From Lama guanicoe (Eukaryota), in assembly GCA_013239625.1 (NCBI GenBank), contig MU056216.1, positions 16,394,725 to 16,458,724 on the forward strand: a DNA stretch of 64,000 nucleotides. The letters run 5' to 3'. Under the pieces are notes generated by a model. It saw nothing but the letters and a program-made list of their open reading frames with translations. It was not told the origin of the DNA and did not search any database. Shown here piece after piece: positions 1 through 11,814 of this stretch. Made by a program: the position numbers and the translations under genes. Within the stretch, counting starts at the first letter, position 1. Each line of letters begins with the position of its first letter.

Positions 1-1335
1 TTAAAAAATCAGGAGTTGAAGGGTCTTTCTACCCTATTTAATGTAAATGGGGTCTTAAAAATCAATGTGCTAATTACCCAGCGTCTGGACTTCATGTACT
101 TGCAAGATGCGTGTACCACTGCACCTCCTCACGGGCATCGGCTGGGTCAGAGCCAGAGAAGCCTGTCATTCCTGGGTCAGTGGCAGCACAGGCCTCAGGT
201 TTGTCCCCGTCCGCCGAGGCCCACGCGGTGGGTCTGCGCTACAGCCAGGGAGCCTGGGTCTTCCATGACCGGCAGCGGGCGAAGCTGTCCTCTGCCCTGA
301 GGGAGCCACGTCTCGTTCCAGGCTGCTGACTGTGCCGACGTCCTGGGAGGGACCGTCCGGAGCAGAGAGGAGGCAGCCCCGGTCTGGAAGACGTGCAGAA
401 CACGTGGTGCGCTGTCTCCCAGCTGCAGGGCCCTGGCGCCCATCAGACGTCTGGGCGGAGGACACAGGGGAGTCCACAAATGACCGATAAACATGCAAGT
501 GAGAAGTGGTTAACTGTGTTACGGGTAAAACCATACGGAGGCCAACACTGACGACGTACCACTTCTCACCAACAGTAAAGCAAAAAAATCAGCAACTTTC
601 CACCTAGTGGCTGCTTTGAGGTCATGATGCTGAGAAACAGCCACTCTTGTTTGTGTGGTGAGCATGAAGCCGGGTGTAGAAGTGTGTGGCGAGGACGCTC
701 CCGCTGTGCGGGTCGTGGGGTGTGCGTTTCATAGGCATAGAACGTTTCTGGAAGGATCCAGAAGGACGCGGGGCTCAAAGAGGGAAGAGCTCTTCTCATT
801 TTTCATTCATTGTGTTGTTGGGGTTTTTATTTACCATGTGTACATACTCTTCAAAAAGTTGTTGTAAAAAATAAAATTTGATAAACTCACAAACACTGAA
901 ACTTAAATAAGACACCACATGTGCAGAGGGCGTGGTCCTGAAGGTCTCTGCAAGGAGAAACTTTTTCAGGCCAGGAAGAATTTACTTTCAGAATAAGAAT
1001 TTTTATACTGTTACTTTTTTAATGGAAAACTAGCTAAAAGATTTTCAAAAAATTTTTAAAAAAACATTTTGTTTGTTTTGTTTTTAAGTGCATAGGTTTT
1101 AAATATACTTCAGTTTAAAACAAATCAGATGGACCAAGGTTTAAGTCCTGATCGTCCCATTCAGCAGACCGTAGGCAACACGCTTGATACTGGGAGGGCT
1201 GCCGCCCACGCAGAGGGCAAGGCCGCACTGCAGCCCAGCAGGCCCGGCCAGCCCTGGACCCGGCACCCTGACTCGGGGCTGTGTCCCTGGGTGAAACTGA
1301 GCAGAAAGGAGGAGCCGGCCCCCAGCAGGACGTGG

Positions 1336-1710
1336 TAGCTGCCTCAGGCTGCTCCAGGCTTAAACAGCAAGTGTGTGTTCTCAGTTCTGGAGCCTGGAGG
1401 CCAAGGTCCAGGTACCAGCGTGCTTAGTTTCCGGTGAGGTCTGCCCGGCCGGCCAGCAGCTGGCTCCCCACACGGCCATTTCTCTCTGTGCACACGCAGG
1501 TGACAGCGCTCCAGTGGCTCCTCCTCCTGTCACCAGGACCTGTCCTGTCAGATCGGGGCCCACCCCAGGGCGTCTTCTAGCCACAACTACTTCTGCACAG
1601 GCCCCGCCTCCAAATACAGCCACACGGCCGGTGGGGGAAGGGTGGGGAACGGGGTGGTCAAGGCTTCAGCATGGGGCCTCTGAGGAGACGGAGGTGAGTC
1701 CACAGCACAG
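1336..1710 (-). mobile_element. MaLR (MLT1-type) solo LTR remnant
   Basis: ggcttaaacagcaag...ctcagttctggagcctggaggccaaggtcc...aggcttcagcatgggg resembles recalled MLT1 LTR motifs. Confidence 0.6.
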
Positions 1711-1984
1711 ACCCACCTCCTGGCACCCTGCACTCCTGGCTCCGGGTGGCCCCGCTGGCACAGCGTGCAGCCAGACTCAGCGGCCCCGCTGGGTGCCCCC
1801 CTGGGGCCCCTCCTCTGCTCTGAAATCTGTAGTTCTGTTCTTACTCTGCATCTCAGAATTTCTGACAGGCATGCTTAGAAAGATACAAGTTCGTAGACTT
1901 GATAGAAAAGAGGACTCACATTATATCTTTAAGATTATCATATTTACAAAATTGTAATAAAAAGTCACTTTGATATTTCATTAG

Positions 1985-2093
1985 AGCATTAGCTTGGATG
2001 AGTTCAAGTCCTTCTGTCACTTTGCGACCCACCTGGAGGACTTCGCCATCGCCATGCAGATGTTCAGCTTAGCTCATCGCCCTGTCCGGCTGA
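1985..2093 (+). CDS. MICU2: MICU2 third-from-last coding exon (SISLDEFKSFCHFATHLEDFAIAMQMFSLAHRPVRL)
   Basis: Acceptor tttcattag (AG 1983-1984) and donor GTAAGT at 2094. 109 nt, phase 0 to 1. Translation matches recalled mammalian MICU2. Confidence 0.95.
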
Positions 2094-2551
2094 GTAAGTC
2101 GTGCGAGTCATTCGGTGTCGTCGTCTGTAGGCAGTGTCGCTCTCTTCTTTAAGTAGTTACACCAGTCAGGGACCACTTACGAGCAAGACGAGTGATCGGC
2201 CAGTCAGTCAGTTCAGTGTGCTGATTCTCCGTGTTCGGCAGCAGCACTCACGTTTCAACAGTCACCTTACCTGCTTTTACTTTCTAATTTTTCTGCTGAG
2301 AAGCAGAAGGAAATATTTAAATATCTGCGTTCAAAACATCGATGAGATTAGAATAACCTGCTTATCTTGCGTTTACTTCCATGACATTTCTCAGCCAAAT
2401 TTATTATTTGAACATGTTCTTGATGAGTATTTTTGTTTTGGTTTTACTTCCCAAATAATAAATATATAGATGTTTTTGCTTCTCAAATAATGAGAATTTA
2501 GACTTAGACTATTTTACTTGATTGATGAGCTTTTGCATTTTCTCTCTGTAG

Positions 2552-2709
2552 CGGAGTTTAAGAGAGCTGTGAAGGTAGCCACGGGCCAGGAGCTCTCAAA
2601 CAATATTTTGGACACCGTCTTCAAGATCTTCGATTTGGATGGTGATGAATGTCTCAGTCACGAAGAGTTTCTTGGGGTGTTAAAAAACAGGATGCATCGA
2701 GGCTTATGG
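2552..2709 (+). CDS. MICU2: MICU2 penultimate coding exon with EF-hand loop DLDGDECLSHEE
   Basis: Acceptor tctctctgtag and donor GTAACA at 2710. 158 nt, phase 1 to 0. Encodes EFKRAVKVATGQELSNNILDTVFKIFDLDGDECLSHEEFLGVLKNRMHRGLW (part of ORF 2518..2727). Confidence 0.97.
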
Positions 2710-2929
2710 GTAACAGACTTTGAATAATTACATGCTTTTATGTCATTAAGTGAACAGAGTTTGAGGAAATGTATAGTCCTCAGTGGGGTTCTCATCATTT
2801 TCTAAGGAGATTACAAGCTCTAATTACAACACTGAAATATCTCCCACAGATGGGTCCACCATTCTTTGCTTTTTTTTCCAAACATATGAATCTAACCAGA
2901 AACTACTATTGAGAAATCGTAGCCTAGAA

Positions 2930-3150
2930 TTTTGCTCTGGGCTCCGTACGTGGACACCTAGGTCCGGGCCCCAGCTGTGTCACTCACTAACTGCCAGGTC
3001 TGGCAGAGCCGCTTGATTCTTCCGAGCCTTGGATTCCTCGTCTGCATAATGAGGACAGTGGTGGAACCTGCCAGAGAGTTATTATGAGAATTAAGTGTGA
3101 AATAATACTTGGTGGCTGACACATGTGAGTAAATGTTGGCTGGTGTCATC
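2930..3150. mobile_element. MIR SINE remnant
   Basis: MIR core-like text: gagccttggattcctcgtctgcataatgaggacagtg...ttattatgagaattaagtg. Confidence 0.65.
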
Positions 3151-4185
3151 ATTCACTCAGACTCGCATGGTGGTCTGTGACTATGGGACAAGTCAAACTC
3201 AGAATTTTGTTTAGATTAGAATCTGCTAGAAACACACAGGGACGCAGAGTGCAGGTTGAAGACGGTGGTCCAGGAGGACTATCTGCCGCGTAAGTAGGTG
3301 ATCAGCCGGGACGGCGGAAAGGAGAACCAGAGAAAGAAGGTGGAGGGGTCATGAAACAGAGTTGTTTATTACAACCTAGAGGAGCAGGTTCATCTTCCTG
3401 CAGCAAACACCACTTACGAAAAATGAACAAATACACTTTCCACTAGCAAACGTGTTTTACAGCCTTGCGGTTATTCATCGTTAGGCATCACATTCCTGGA
3501 AATTCAGCCAACCTTCCCAGATAACAACTTAGTGTCCTCAGCAGCCTCTTTGCCATTTCTCAAAAAATGTGTTAAACAGGAGAGCTGCCCGCCGGTGGCA
3601 GGAGAGGGTCACGAGTGCCCCTGCAGTAGGCCTGCGCCCCCGCCCGGCGGGCCCGCAGCGCAGGGGCCACGTGCTGCCTGGCCCGTGCTTGCCGCTTAAC
3701 CGGCGGCCGTGGCCGCGCCCACTTGTCTGAGTTGTAGTGCTGCAGCTTCAGACTTCTCATCAAGTGTGTGGTCACCTACAGTGTCTTTTGAATTTTAGCC
3801 AAGGTGAAATCAGGGTTTAAGGCTTGCAGTTTTCACTCCACATAGCTAAGTTCACAAACACCAGAAATGTTATAAAACATTATAAAAGGAAAACAGTATA
3901 AAATAATCACATTTTTAAACTAATGTATGAAAGAGACCCCCCAGGGTCTCTGCCGTCTCCTTAGGGAGGACTCTCCGTTCCATAGTTAGCCGGAGGGTGT
4001 TCTTACCTCACGTTCTCTTCTTACCTTTCACGCTTACTTTACAGCTTGTGTTGTGATCAGCTTTACCCCGTAATCCACCTCAGGTACCTTCAGAGTCACG
4101 GGGGGAACACACAGCAGCAAAGTGCATGTGAACCGTGCTTAACTTTGCAGACAGTGACCTTTTAATTCTTACTTTTGGTTCACAG

Positions 4186-4290
4186 GTACCACAGCAACTA
4201 AGTGTTCAAGAATACTGGAAGTGTGTGAAAAAAGAAAGCATCAAAGGAGTAAAAGAAGTCTGGAAACAAGCTGGCAGAGGCCCTTTATAG
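4186..4290 (+). CDS. MICU2: MICU2 last coding exon (VPQQLSVQEYWKCVKKESIKGVKEVWKQAGRGPL*)
   Basis: Acceptor ttttggttcacag; 35 codons ending in TAG at 4288-4290. Keeps the EYWKC cysteine known to form the MICU1-MICU2 disulfide. Confidence 0.95.
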   Translation, partial: VPQQLSVQEYWKCVKKESIKGVKEVWKQAGRGPL

Positions 4291-4850
4291 ACAAGATAAT
4301 GTGGGAATTGCTTTGCTCCGAGAGTCAGAATTGGGGATTTTTTCCAAGTCCTGGATGTTTATGGTCTAAAGTCCTCACTCTTTTCCTTTGTGATATAAAT
4401 ATGCCTTGTCCTTGCTTCTGATTCAGTAGTTTCTTAGAGTTCATTAAAGAGCTTAGTAAAAAGAAGTGTTCTTTTACGAAGACAAATAATTGGATTCTGT
4501 CAGAAGCGTGGGGTTGAAATAACACTTTGACTTTGATAAGATGGAACACCTAGTACTCACAGATTTCTCAGCACCGAGTGTTTTCTGGGAGAGTCCACAA
4601 GTATCCACCAGAAACGTCCCTGACACACGAGGCCAGGACCCAGCCTGCACGCCCTGGAGGTCCTGTAAGGACCCGTTTGCTTCAAACACTTCAGGTTTTC
4701 TCATCTGCACCTTACATTTCATGAATTCTCGTGTGTTGTATTTCAGGGAGCTGTGCGTTAGTTGTCTTAAAAAATAATATGTAAATTTCAGGATTCTATC
4801 TAGAGACAGAACCAACTATAAAGATAAAAAATTACAGAGGTACGTTTTGC
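4291..4850 (+). other. MICU2: MICU2 3' UTR (end approximate)
   Basis: Follows the stop codon. Only variant poly(A) hexamers are seen (ATTAAA 4443-4448, TATAAA 4817-4822, GATAAA 4823-4828), followed by T/GT-rich sequence. Confidence 0.5.
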
Positions 4851-5354
4851 ATTTTTACATGTGCTGTTTCAAAACTATTTTTAATGAAATTCTCTCATTC
4901 ATTGACAACCTCACTAGTTTGTATTCTTAAAATCTAGTGTAATTAGGAGAACCTTGATCACAAGATAAGGGTCTCTTGAGATAGATGGGCTATGGGTAAA
5001 TGTTTAAAATGGTACTAGAAATTAATTGGCATTAATTGTAAAATGGCATATTTTAAACATGGCAAAGAAAAATTATTTTTTAATATGCTTCTCAAATAAG
5101 ACTACTGCAGATATTTAAACCATGGTCCACTCGGGATAAAGAGCTGATTCCAAGGTGGGGCAGGGGCGGTTCAAGATGAGCCTGGAACATCAGAGGTGAG
5201 GGGACGGCGATCTTGGAAGATGAGGGCCAGCCAGGAGTGGGGTGGGCGGGGTGTCCTGGCCAGGTCTGGGACAGCTCGAGCATCACAGTGACAGTGCAGG
5301 GAGGGATCGCAGCCTGCTGAATGAAGTGAGAGAGTTCATGAGCTTCCTCCGCAA

Positions 5355-5400
5355 ATTGATTGATTGACTGACTATCTGACTGACTGATTGATGGATGGAG
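5355..5400. repeat. (TGAT/TGAC/TGGA)n degenerate tetranucleotide microsatellite
   Basis: ttgattgattgactgactatctgactgactgattgatggatgga. Confidence 0.7.
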
Positions 5401-6689
5401 TAAGAGGAACCTCTCCTTACCATTGTGAAGGGATAAGGCCTTGTAACATGTGAATGTGACTATGCTAACTTGGAAGGCTCTCTTGTAATTTAATGGTTGA
5501 GATTGACAAGTGGTGGTAAAAGCTTTTGTCCAGTTATTTTTTAAAAATCGCCAATTAGATAAAAAATTGTTCTAACTCATTATTTTATAAATAATTTTTA
5601 TTTATCTTATTATAAAAACCAAACCAAGAGAAAAAATAGACAATGCTAAAAAAGTAAAAGTACAGGCCTGCCGCCCGCACCCTTTCTCTGTTAGCCACAG
5701 AAATGCCATCTGACTCTCTTTGCCTGTCTGCCTGGCTGACGTTGTGGGTGAAGATCAGGATATAAAAAGCAAGAAGTTAGGGGGTTTTCTGGTGTCTTCA
5801 GTCTCACCGTAACCGTTCCAGTCCCTCGCCTGGCACGGCTCTTGCTGCCCGCCGAGCCCTGTACCCCACCTCTGTGGGGCTGCTTCCCCTGTGCGCCACT
5901 CCCCCAGCCCGTGCACTCGCCGCCCCTCCTGACCATGGTGCTTTTTCCTTTCTTGTCCTGGTGAAATTCTGGGTGTCAGATCCCTGTCCACAGACCGGGT
6001 TTGTCTCTGCCAAACTTACATCAGAGCTGGAGCCATGCCTCTAGTCATGTCTACATCCCAGCCTGGCAGGGTCAATCCCACATCCTGCAGATGCTTGTTG
6101 AATAAAAGGAGGAGGAGAAGGAGGTCAGATGGTTTGTGAGACCTGCCAGGTTGCAGGTGACGAAAAGCAAAGGGTCCTGCTGTCACAGGACCTAGAGTCT
6201 AAAGTGAAGATGACATTTTAAATATTCAATGCAAATTGAGATGAAAAAATGGAGCACTGCTGGGGAACGAAAGAGTAGCCTTTCTTAAGCCAGAGTGTTC
6301 AGGAGGGTGAGGGAGCAGCTTCCAGTTCTTCAGAGTCAAGAGATGTCCTACCGCAAAAAAAGTCTGAAAATGAATCATTCATTTTTTGTCATTATCATGT
6401 AATTGCTGCAAAACAACCTGGTCCCATTTGAAAAGAATCTGGATCACCTTTGTATGAAATAAGCAATCTGGACTGGACGGTGTGTCTTCTCGGGAGGCGG
6501 GAACACCGACTCGGGAGCACTGCCCTTCCCAATGCCCAGGTCCTAAGGTGAGAACGCCACTTAACAAAGGGGCTCCACGTAACCAAGAGGAAGGGCACTA
6601 GTGCGGCCGGAGAGGTTTGTCTCAAGAGCTGACCCTGGACTTCCCTTAGAAACCATGCCAGCAAGAAGAGGATGGAGTGAAATAGTTAA

Positions 6690-7335
6690 AGGAGTTGAGA
6701 GAAAAAAGCCCACCAACCTAGAACTCTGTATCTGTCAATATTCCAACTCAAAAGCAAAGCAAACAAAAACTCAGGACTTTCTCAGAGGAATAAAAATTGA
6801 GGCAATTTGTCACTAGGATACCTGTTGCACAAAAAAAAAATGTTACATTCTTCAGGAAGAAGGAAAATTATAAGCTCAGAAACTTGGCTCTACACGAACA
6901 AAAGGGGGGCTTCAGAGAAGGAATAAATGAAGGTAAAAGATAAAGTATTTTGTTTTTCCTGTTGGGGGGCAGGTAATTAGGCTTGCTTATTTATTTTTAG
7001 AGGCGGTGATGGGGATTGAACCCAGGACCCTGTGCATGTTAAGCATGTGCTCCACCGCTGAGCTACACCCTCCCCCCGTTTTTCCTTTTCTTAACTGATC
7101 TAACAGATAACAGTGTGTTCAGAATAAGCATAGCAACAACGTATTGGGCATCATAGCTTGTGGGCAAGTGAGGCGAAGGGCGGCCGCGCTGTGAGGAGAG
7201 GAGGGAGGGGTGCGGAATGCCCTGCTTTAACGGGCCTGCGCTGCTCCGCAGGTGCATCCCCCGTGTCGCTGGGAAGGACGAGAGTTGGCTGTAAACGTGC
7301 ACTGCAAACTCCAGGGCGCCCACCAAAGAAATACG
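6690..7335 (+). mobile_element. Old L1 fragment (ORF1 3' end and inter-ORF spacer), interrupted by a SINE
   Basis: accaacctagaactctgtatc...aaaattgaggcaatttgtcac...cttaactgatctaacagataacag...ttggctgtaaacgtgcactgcaaactccagggc resembles the recalled L1M spacer. Confidence 0.65.
6963..7077 (-). mobile_element. tRNA-derived SINE (Vic-1-like, camelid)
   Basis: Minus strand reads gggagggtgtagctcagcggtggagcacatgcttaacatgcacagggtcctgggttcaatcccc...aataaataagcaagcctaattacc. TSD gtttttcct at 6952-6960 and 7078-7086. Confidence 0.9.
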
Positions 7336-9460
7336 TGGCCGGCGAGGCTGCTTCCAAGGCTTCCCGCGGCAGGGTCCCGAGGCTCCGACTGCCCCGCCGC
7401 TGACTCCGCAGCCTCACCGTCTGTCCCCCTCCGTGCTTGGCCGTCCCAGCCATCCCGTTCTTCCCGCAGCCCCCAAGAGCTCACTCCGGCCTCAGGACGC
7501 TGGCGCCTGCTGCGTGCGCGCTGTGCTGTTGCGACCCGGGTCCTCCCTGGCCTCGCTCCTCCCGGCGGCTCCGCTTTCTGCTCGGTTACGCTGTCCGAGC
7601 GAGCGTCGGGGACCAGCCTCCATCCTTGCTCTGTTTTGTTTCTCTTCACGGGACCTTCTCTCCCGGAGTGCGTGTGTATGTATTTTTAATTTGGCTATTG
7701 TCTCCATCCTACTAGAATTTCAGTCCTGCAAGAACAGAGAATTTCTCTATTCACCGCTGTGTTTTGGTACCTGATACAACACGTGACACGTGGTGGCTGC
7801 TCAGTAAATATTTTTGAATCATGAAGAGATAAGAAGGAGCTATGGGCCAGTCGTGAGCGCATAGGAAGGACTTCCCAGACAGAGCGCGGCCCGCCCAGGA
7901 AGCGTCCTCCTTTCGAGACAGACGCACCCCTGCTGCAGGGCACCGGAGCCGGCTGCGATCGGCCCCTTGCTTTGGTTTTCTGTTCACCGAGCAGCCTTCA
8001 GACGATCTGGGTCCACACCGTCTGCTCACAGGAGAGGGGCTCTGGTCAGGCCAGACTCCCGGCCACGCGGTGACCCCGACCACGCGGCGACCCTGACGTG
8101 CCCCCCCCACGCAGCCGCCCTGAGACCGCTCTGCAGGAGGTCAGACAGGGGGGAGACGGTCAGCGGGCAGCTGGGACCGAGGAGGAACCACCAGCGCTCT
8201 CCCCACTGCCGTCTCTGCTTCTGCGTAGCGAGTCCGTCCTCCAAGGCGCGAGCGCCCGAGGAGGCCCCCGCCGCCCCCGGGAAGCCTGACTCGCCTGCGG
8301 ACGTGCTCACCGCGCTCCAGCCCCCCTGACCCCCCGGGTGGGGTGGAGGGTGCGGGGTCCAGGCCCCCGCAGGCTGGAGGGCGGCCGGCGAGGCCGTTTA
8401 CGGGGGGGGGCCGGAGGGGGAGGCTGCTACTCCCAGAAGAGTTTAAAGGGTAGAAGCTTCCTCCCCACAGGGAGAGGCTGGCGGCTCAGGCCAGCCCGGG
8501 GTCTCCGGGGCCAGCAGGGCGGACTGCCTCATCGCCAGAGGACCGGGGTCACAGCGACAGGTAGGTTTCAGGGGAACTTTCAAGAAGCTGGCCGCCGGGG
8601 GAAGAGGATGCTCCAGGGACTATGTCCTTAACGCTTTGTCAGCAACAGCTTTGACGGTGAGCAGTGAACTAGCAGCTCTGCGAAAGACTGCACTTTGATC
8701 TGCACGCTTTATTTTCTCCTCCTGTTACGAGAGCAGCTTAGCCTTCCATCGGGGGCCGGAGGGGAGCCAGCAGGGGGGCGTGGGAAGCAGAGAGGAGCCA
8801 GCCAGGCCCTCTCTCTAGTCCGGGGCGGGCCTCTCTCGGCCCGCAGGCGTCCCACAGCCCGCCGTCCCTCTCCTCCGCCAGGTGAGCTGGGGACGACGAG
8901 CGCCCGGAACCCTCGTCTTAGCGACGCGGGCGGCGTTTCTCCAGCTGGCGTTTCTGCCGGCTTGGTACCAAAGAAAAGCAGGACCCGGACAGGCACGCGC
9001 ACAGGGGGATCCGCGGAGCCGAGCTCGCGTCAATCTGGGACAGGGTTTCCACCCCAAAGCAGGGCTCCGGGCCTCGGAGAGCTGTGTCCTCCTCTGTCCG
9101 CCACCGTGGCAGGTGTGTGCCGCTACCCTGTAACGGGTACGTGCATTTTAAGGAAATTTCCCTGATCTTCCCTGGGAAGTACCAGGCAAACAGCAGAATC
9201 AGTTTGATGCCAATAAGGACACCCAGAAGCAGACTAGGCAGCTCGGGGCGAACGAGGAGTCAAGGTGTGCTTAGCGGAAACGGCACGTCCTCAAGAGCTG
9301 GGGGCAGACTGACACCAGTGTCCCCCCAGTGCCGCGGGACAGCTGCGACCGGAAGATGAGACGCAGGGAGAAAACCGCGCTGAGGAAAATAAGGAGACTT
9401 GCCTGTCACCTGCCGCAGCGCCGCGGCTCCTTGACGGCGCAAGAAGGCAACGCAGACGGT

Positions 9461-9475
9461 CCGCTAGATGGCGCT
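9461..9475 (+). promoter_or_regulatory. CTCF-binding motif candidate CCGCTAGATGGCGCT
   Basis: Full match to the core consensus CCRCYAGRKGGCRS, in CpG-rich intergenic DNA between MICU2 and ZDHHC20. Confidence 0.55.
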
Positions 9476-9721
9476 CCTGCCTTTCCAAACGGTTCTCTCC
9501 TGGGGCCCCCACTCCTGATCCTTAGCGGAGGCCGCGCGAACGCCCAGCAAAGTACGGAAGATTTCCAAAGGGACTTCCCGACTGACGAGCACGGGAGAGA
9601 CGGTGGACTGACACGCCTGAGCTGCGTCCCCCCAGCTCTTAGAGGGGCGAGCACGGTGCTATCACAGCTCCCATCAGGTGCGGTTTGTGCTTGGCTACGT
9701 TCTGCGAGAACTCTGGACGCC

Positions 9722-9887
9722 GGTGACGGGCTGTAACGGGGTGGGAGGGGCTGTAATGGGGGAGCTGTAACGGGGTGGGNNNNNNNNNNNNNNNNNNNNN
9801 NNNNNNNNNNNNNNNNNNNNNNNNNNNNNNNNNNNNNNNNNNNNNNNNNNNNGGGGGCTGTAACGGGGGGGCTGTAACGGGGTGGGC
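9722..9887 (+). repeat. G-rich minisatellite (GGGGCTGTAACGGGG(TGGG))n spanning an assembly gap
   Basis: Repeated gctgtaa(c/t)gggg units on both sides of N-gap 9780-9852. Confidence 0.85.
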
Positions 9888-11814
9888 TCCTCCTTCAGCA
9901 CAAGCACCGTCAGATCCCTGTGCTCACCGGCTCCGCCCAGCACTGCTGGTGTGGTCTTCTGTGCGTGAGAGCTTTCCCTCCAAGAAGATGGAACGGGAGA
10001 AAACATTTTGCTTATAACATTTATATTACCTGGATTTACGTAAGACTTAGACATTCAATTCTGGGAGACAATGGTATTAATTAATAACTCCTTTATTTTG
10101 CAGAACGTCAGACATGCTCTCCCTAGTGATAAAATTTTACGACCCAGAGAGAATTAAAGGAATTTTCATTGCAGCATCATTTCAAATAAAAATTCTGAAG
10201 TGACTTGAGTGCCGAGCACAATGAAAGTGGATAAAGAAATGGTGCCAGAGGTTGTACAAGGGGCTCCAGGCGGCAGTTAACACGAGGATGCTCACATTAA
10301 GTCTCATGACCCCGCCGGTTGTGAGCCATTGTCTCCCTGCGCCAGCCCGTCCCTCCCTCACGCTCTGCTTGGTGACGCTGGGACGGGCGTGCCCTCCGCT
10401 GCTGTCCTGCCAACGTCCCAACAGCCACAGCCTGCACCCTGGCAGCACTTGGTACCACCGCCCGCTGGGCTCACAGTGGAAGCAAAACAGACCTAATCTT
10501 TCCTTTAAAAGTTCACAGTCTAGGGAAACGATCTTTGATTTAAAGATCGTACGTAGGAGAGGTACCTGAGCGTATGAGACAGGGACTTCACGTGGACAGG
10601 CCGACTACGAGACAGTTCCAAACGCTGAGCCCTCACGCACATACGCACACAGATAAACACACACCCAAACACGCGCACACGCAAGAGCTCGGCATGTGCG
10701 CCTCTCCCGTCTGGAACGGCACGTCCACTCCGCCGCCTCCGCCGGAAAAGTCGGTTCGCAATCCAAAGCGATCATAGAGAGATCACAGCAGTGGAGACAG
10801 CAGCGCTGTGTACCCGCTCTTTTCTGGCGGGGAGCCAGTCAATGTTTCCAGTGGCAGCAGCCAAGCCCAGACTTCCCTGCAGCCTAAGTGCCGTCAGTAA
10901 CACTCACCTGGGCTGATGAGTGAACTAGTGGTCAGGAAGCTTTCTGGGGACAGATCCCAGATGCGCACACACAGATCCCACCCAACCAGAAACTCGCAGT
11001 CGTCAGGGTCAGGGCTCTATCTGTGATCCCACTGTGACAGCTGCATCTCTGGACTCCCTTTTTGGCTGCATTTTATTAGTCAACAAACAGATCATTAGTC
11101 AACTACACAGCAAAGAAAAAGAAAGGCCGGCTCAGCCCAGTCCACTGATGGATGTTCAAATTAGTGGGAGAAACTTTACAGAGAAGCAGGCTCTCTGCAT
11201 AGCCTCAGAGTACCTCCTCCAAATACTCACCCAGTACTGTGATGCTGGGAACAGATGTCCACAAATTCCTTGACATTCCTCCCTCCCGGAGGTAGAATTT
11301 AATTCACAGAGGAGAACTGAAGATGAGACAGAGCAACCGAGCTGCTCGTGGCGCTGAAGGAGCCTCCAGTCCTCGAACTTAGAGCAGAGGCTGGCTGAGG
11401 GCAGGGTGTGCTGGGAGTGAGTGAAGGAGGATGAAGACGCGGGAGGACTGCAGGCGGGGTGTCTGTGGGGCAGAGCAGGCCGGTGGCTGGCGGGGCACCG
11501 CAGGCCCAGGACTCACCGGAGACAGTGAGAAGGCAGCGGACGCAGGGATGGGGGGCCTCCAACCCACTCCTTCTCTCTTCTGATTCAGCACTGAAGGTCA
11601 AAGGCTGCCACTTTCCCCCACTCTCTTGATCCTAAAGCAAGATGCGGCCCTTCTGAAGTTCTCAGACGATATTTTTTCTTGTTCATAGAAATAGGGAAAC
11701 ACAATTTTGTGTGTGTGTGTGTGTTTCAGCCTACCCCCCACAAGTTTAAAAGCCAGTGGTCAGATTCATTGCCACTGCTGAGAAAGCCAAGAGGAAGGCA
11801 TGTCTTGCATTTTT

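Noticed and set aside
598-614. CTCF-like ccacctagtggctg
   Set aside because: Mismatch in the conserved GGC core on the better strand; much weaker than the site at 9461.
7063-9736. Dense cluster of 60-156 aa ORFs, and a TTTAAA after G-rich boxes near 8442, suggesting a hidden gene
   Set aside because: No recognisable domain and no coherent exon chain. Part of the region is L1-derived and the GC content explains the ORF density.
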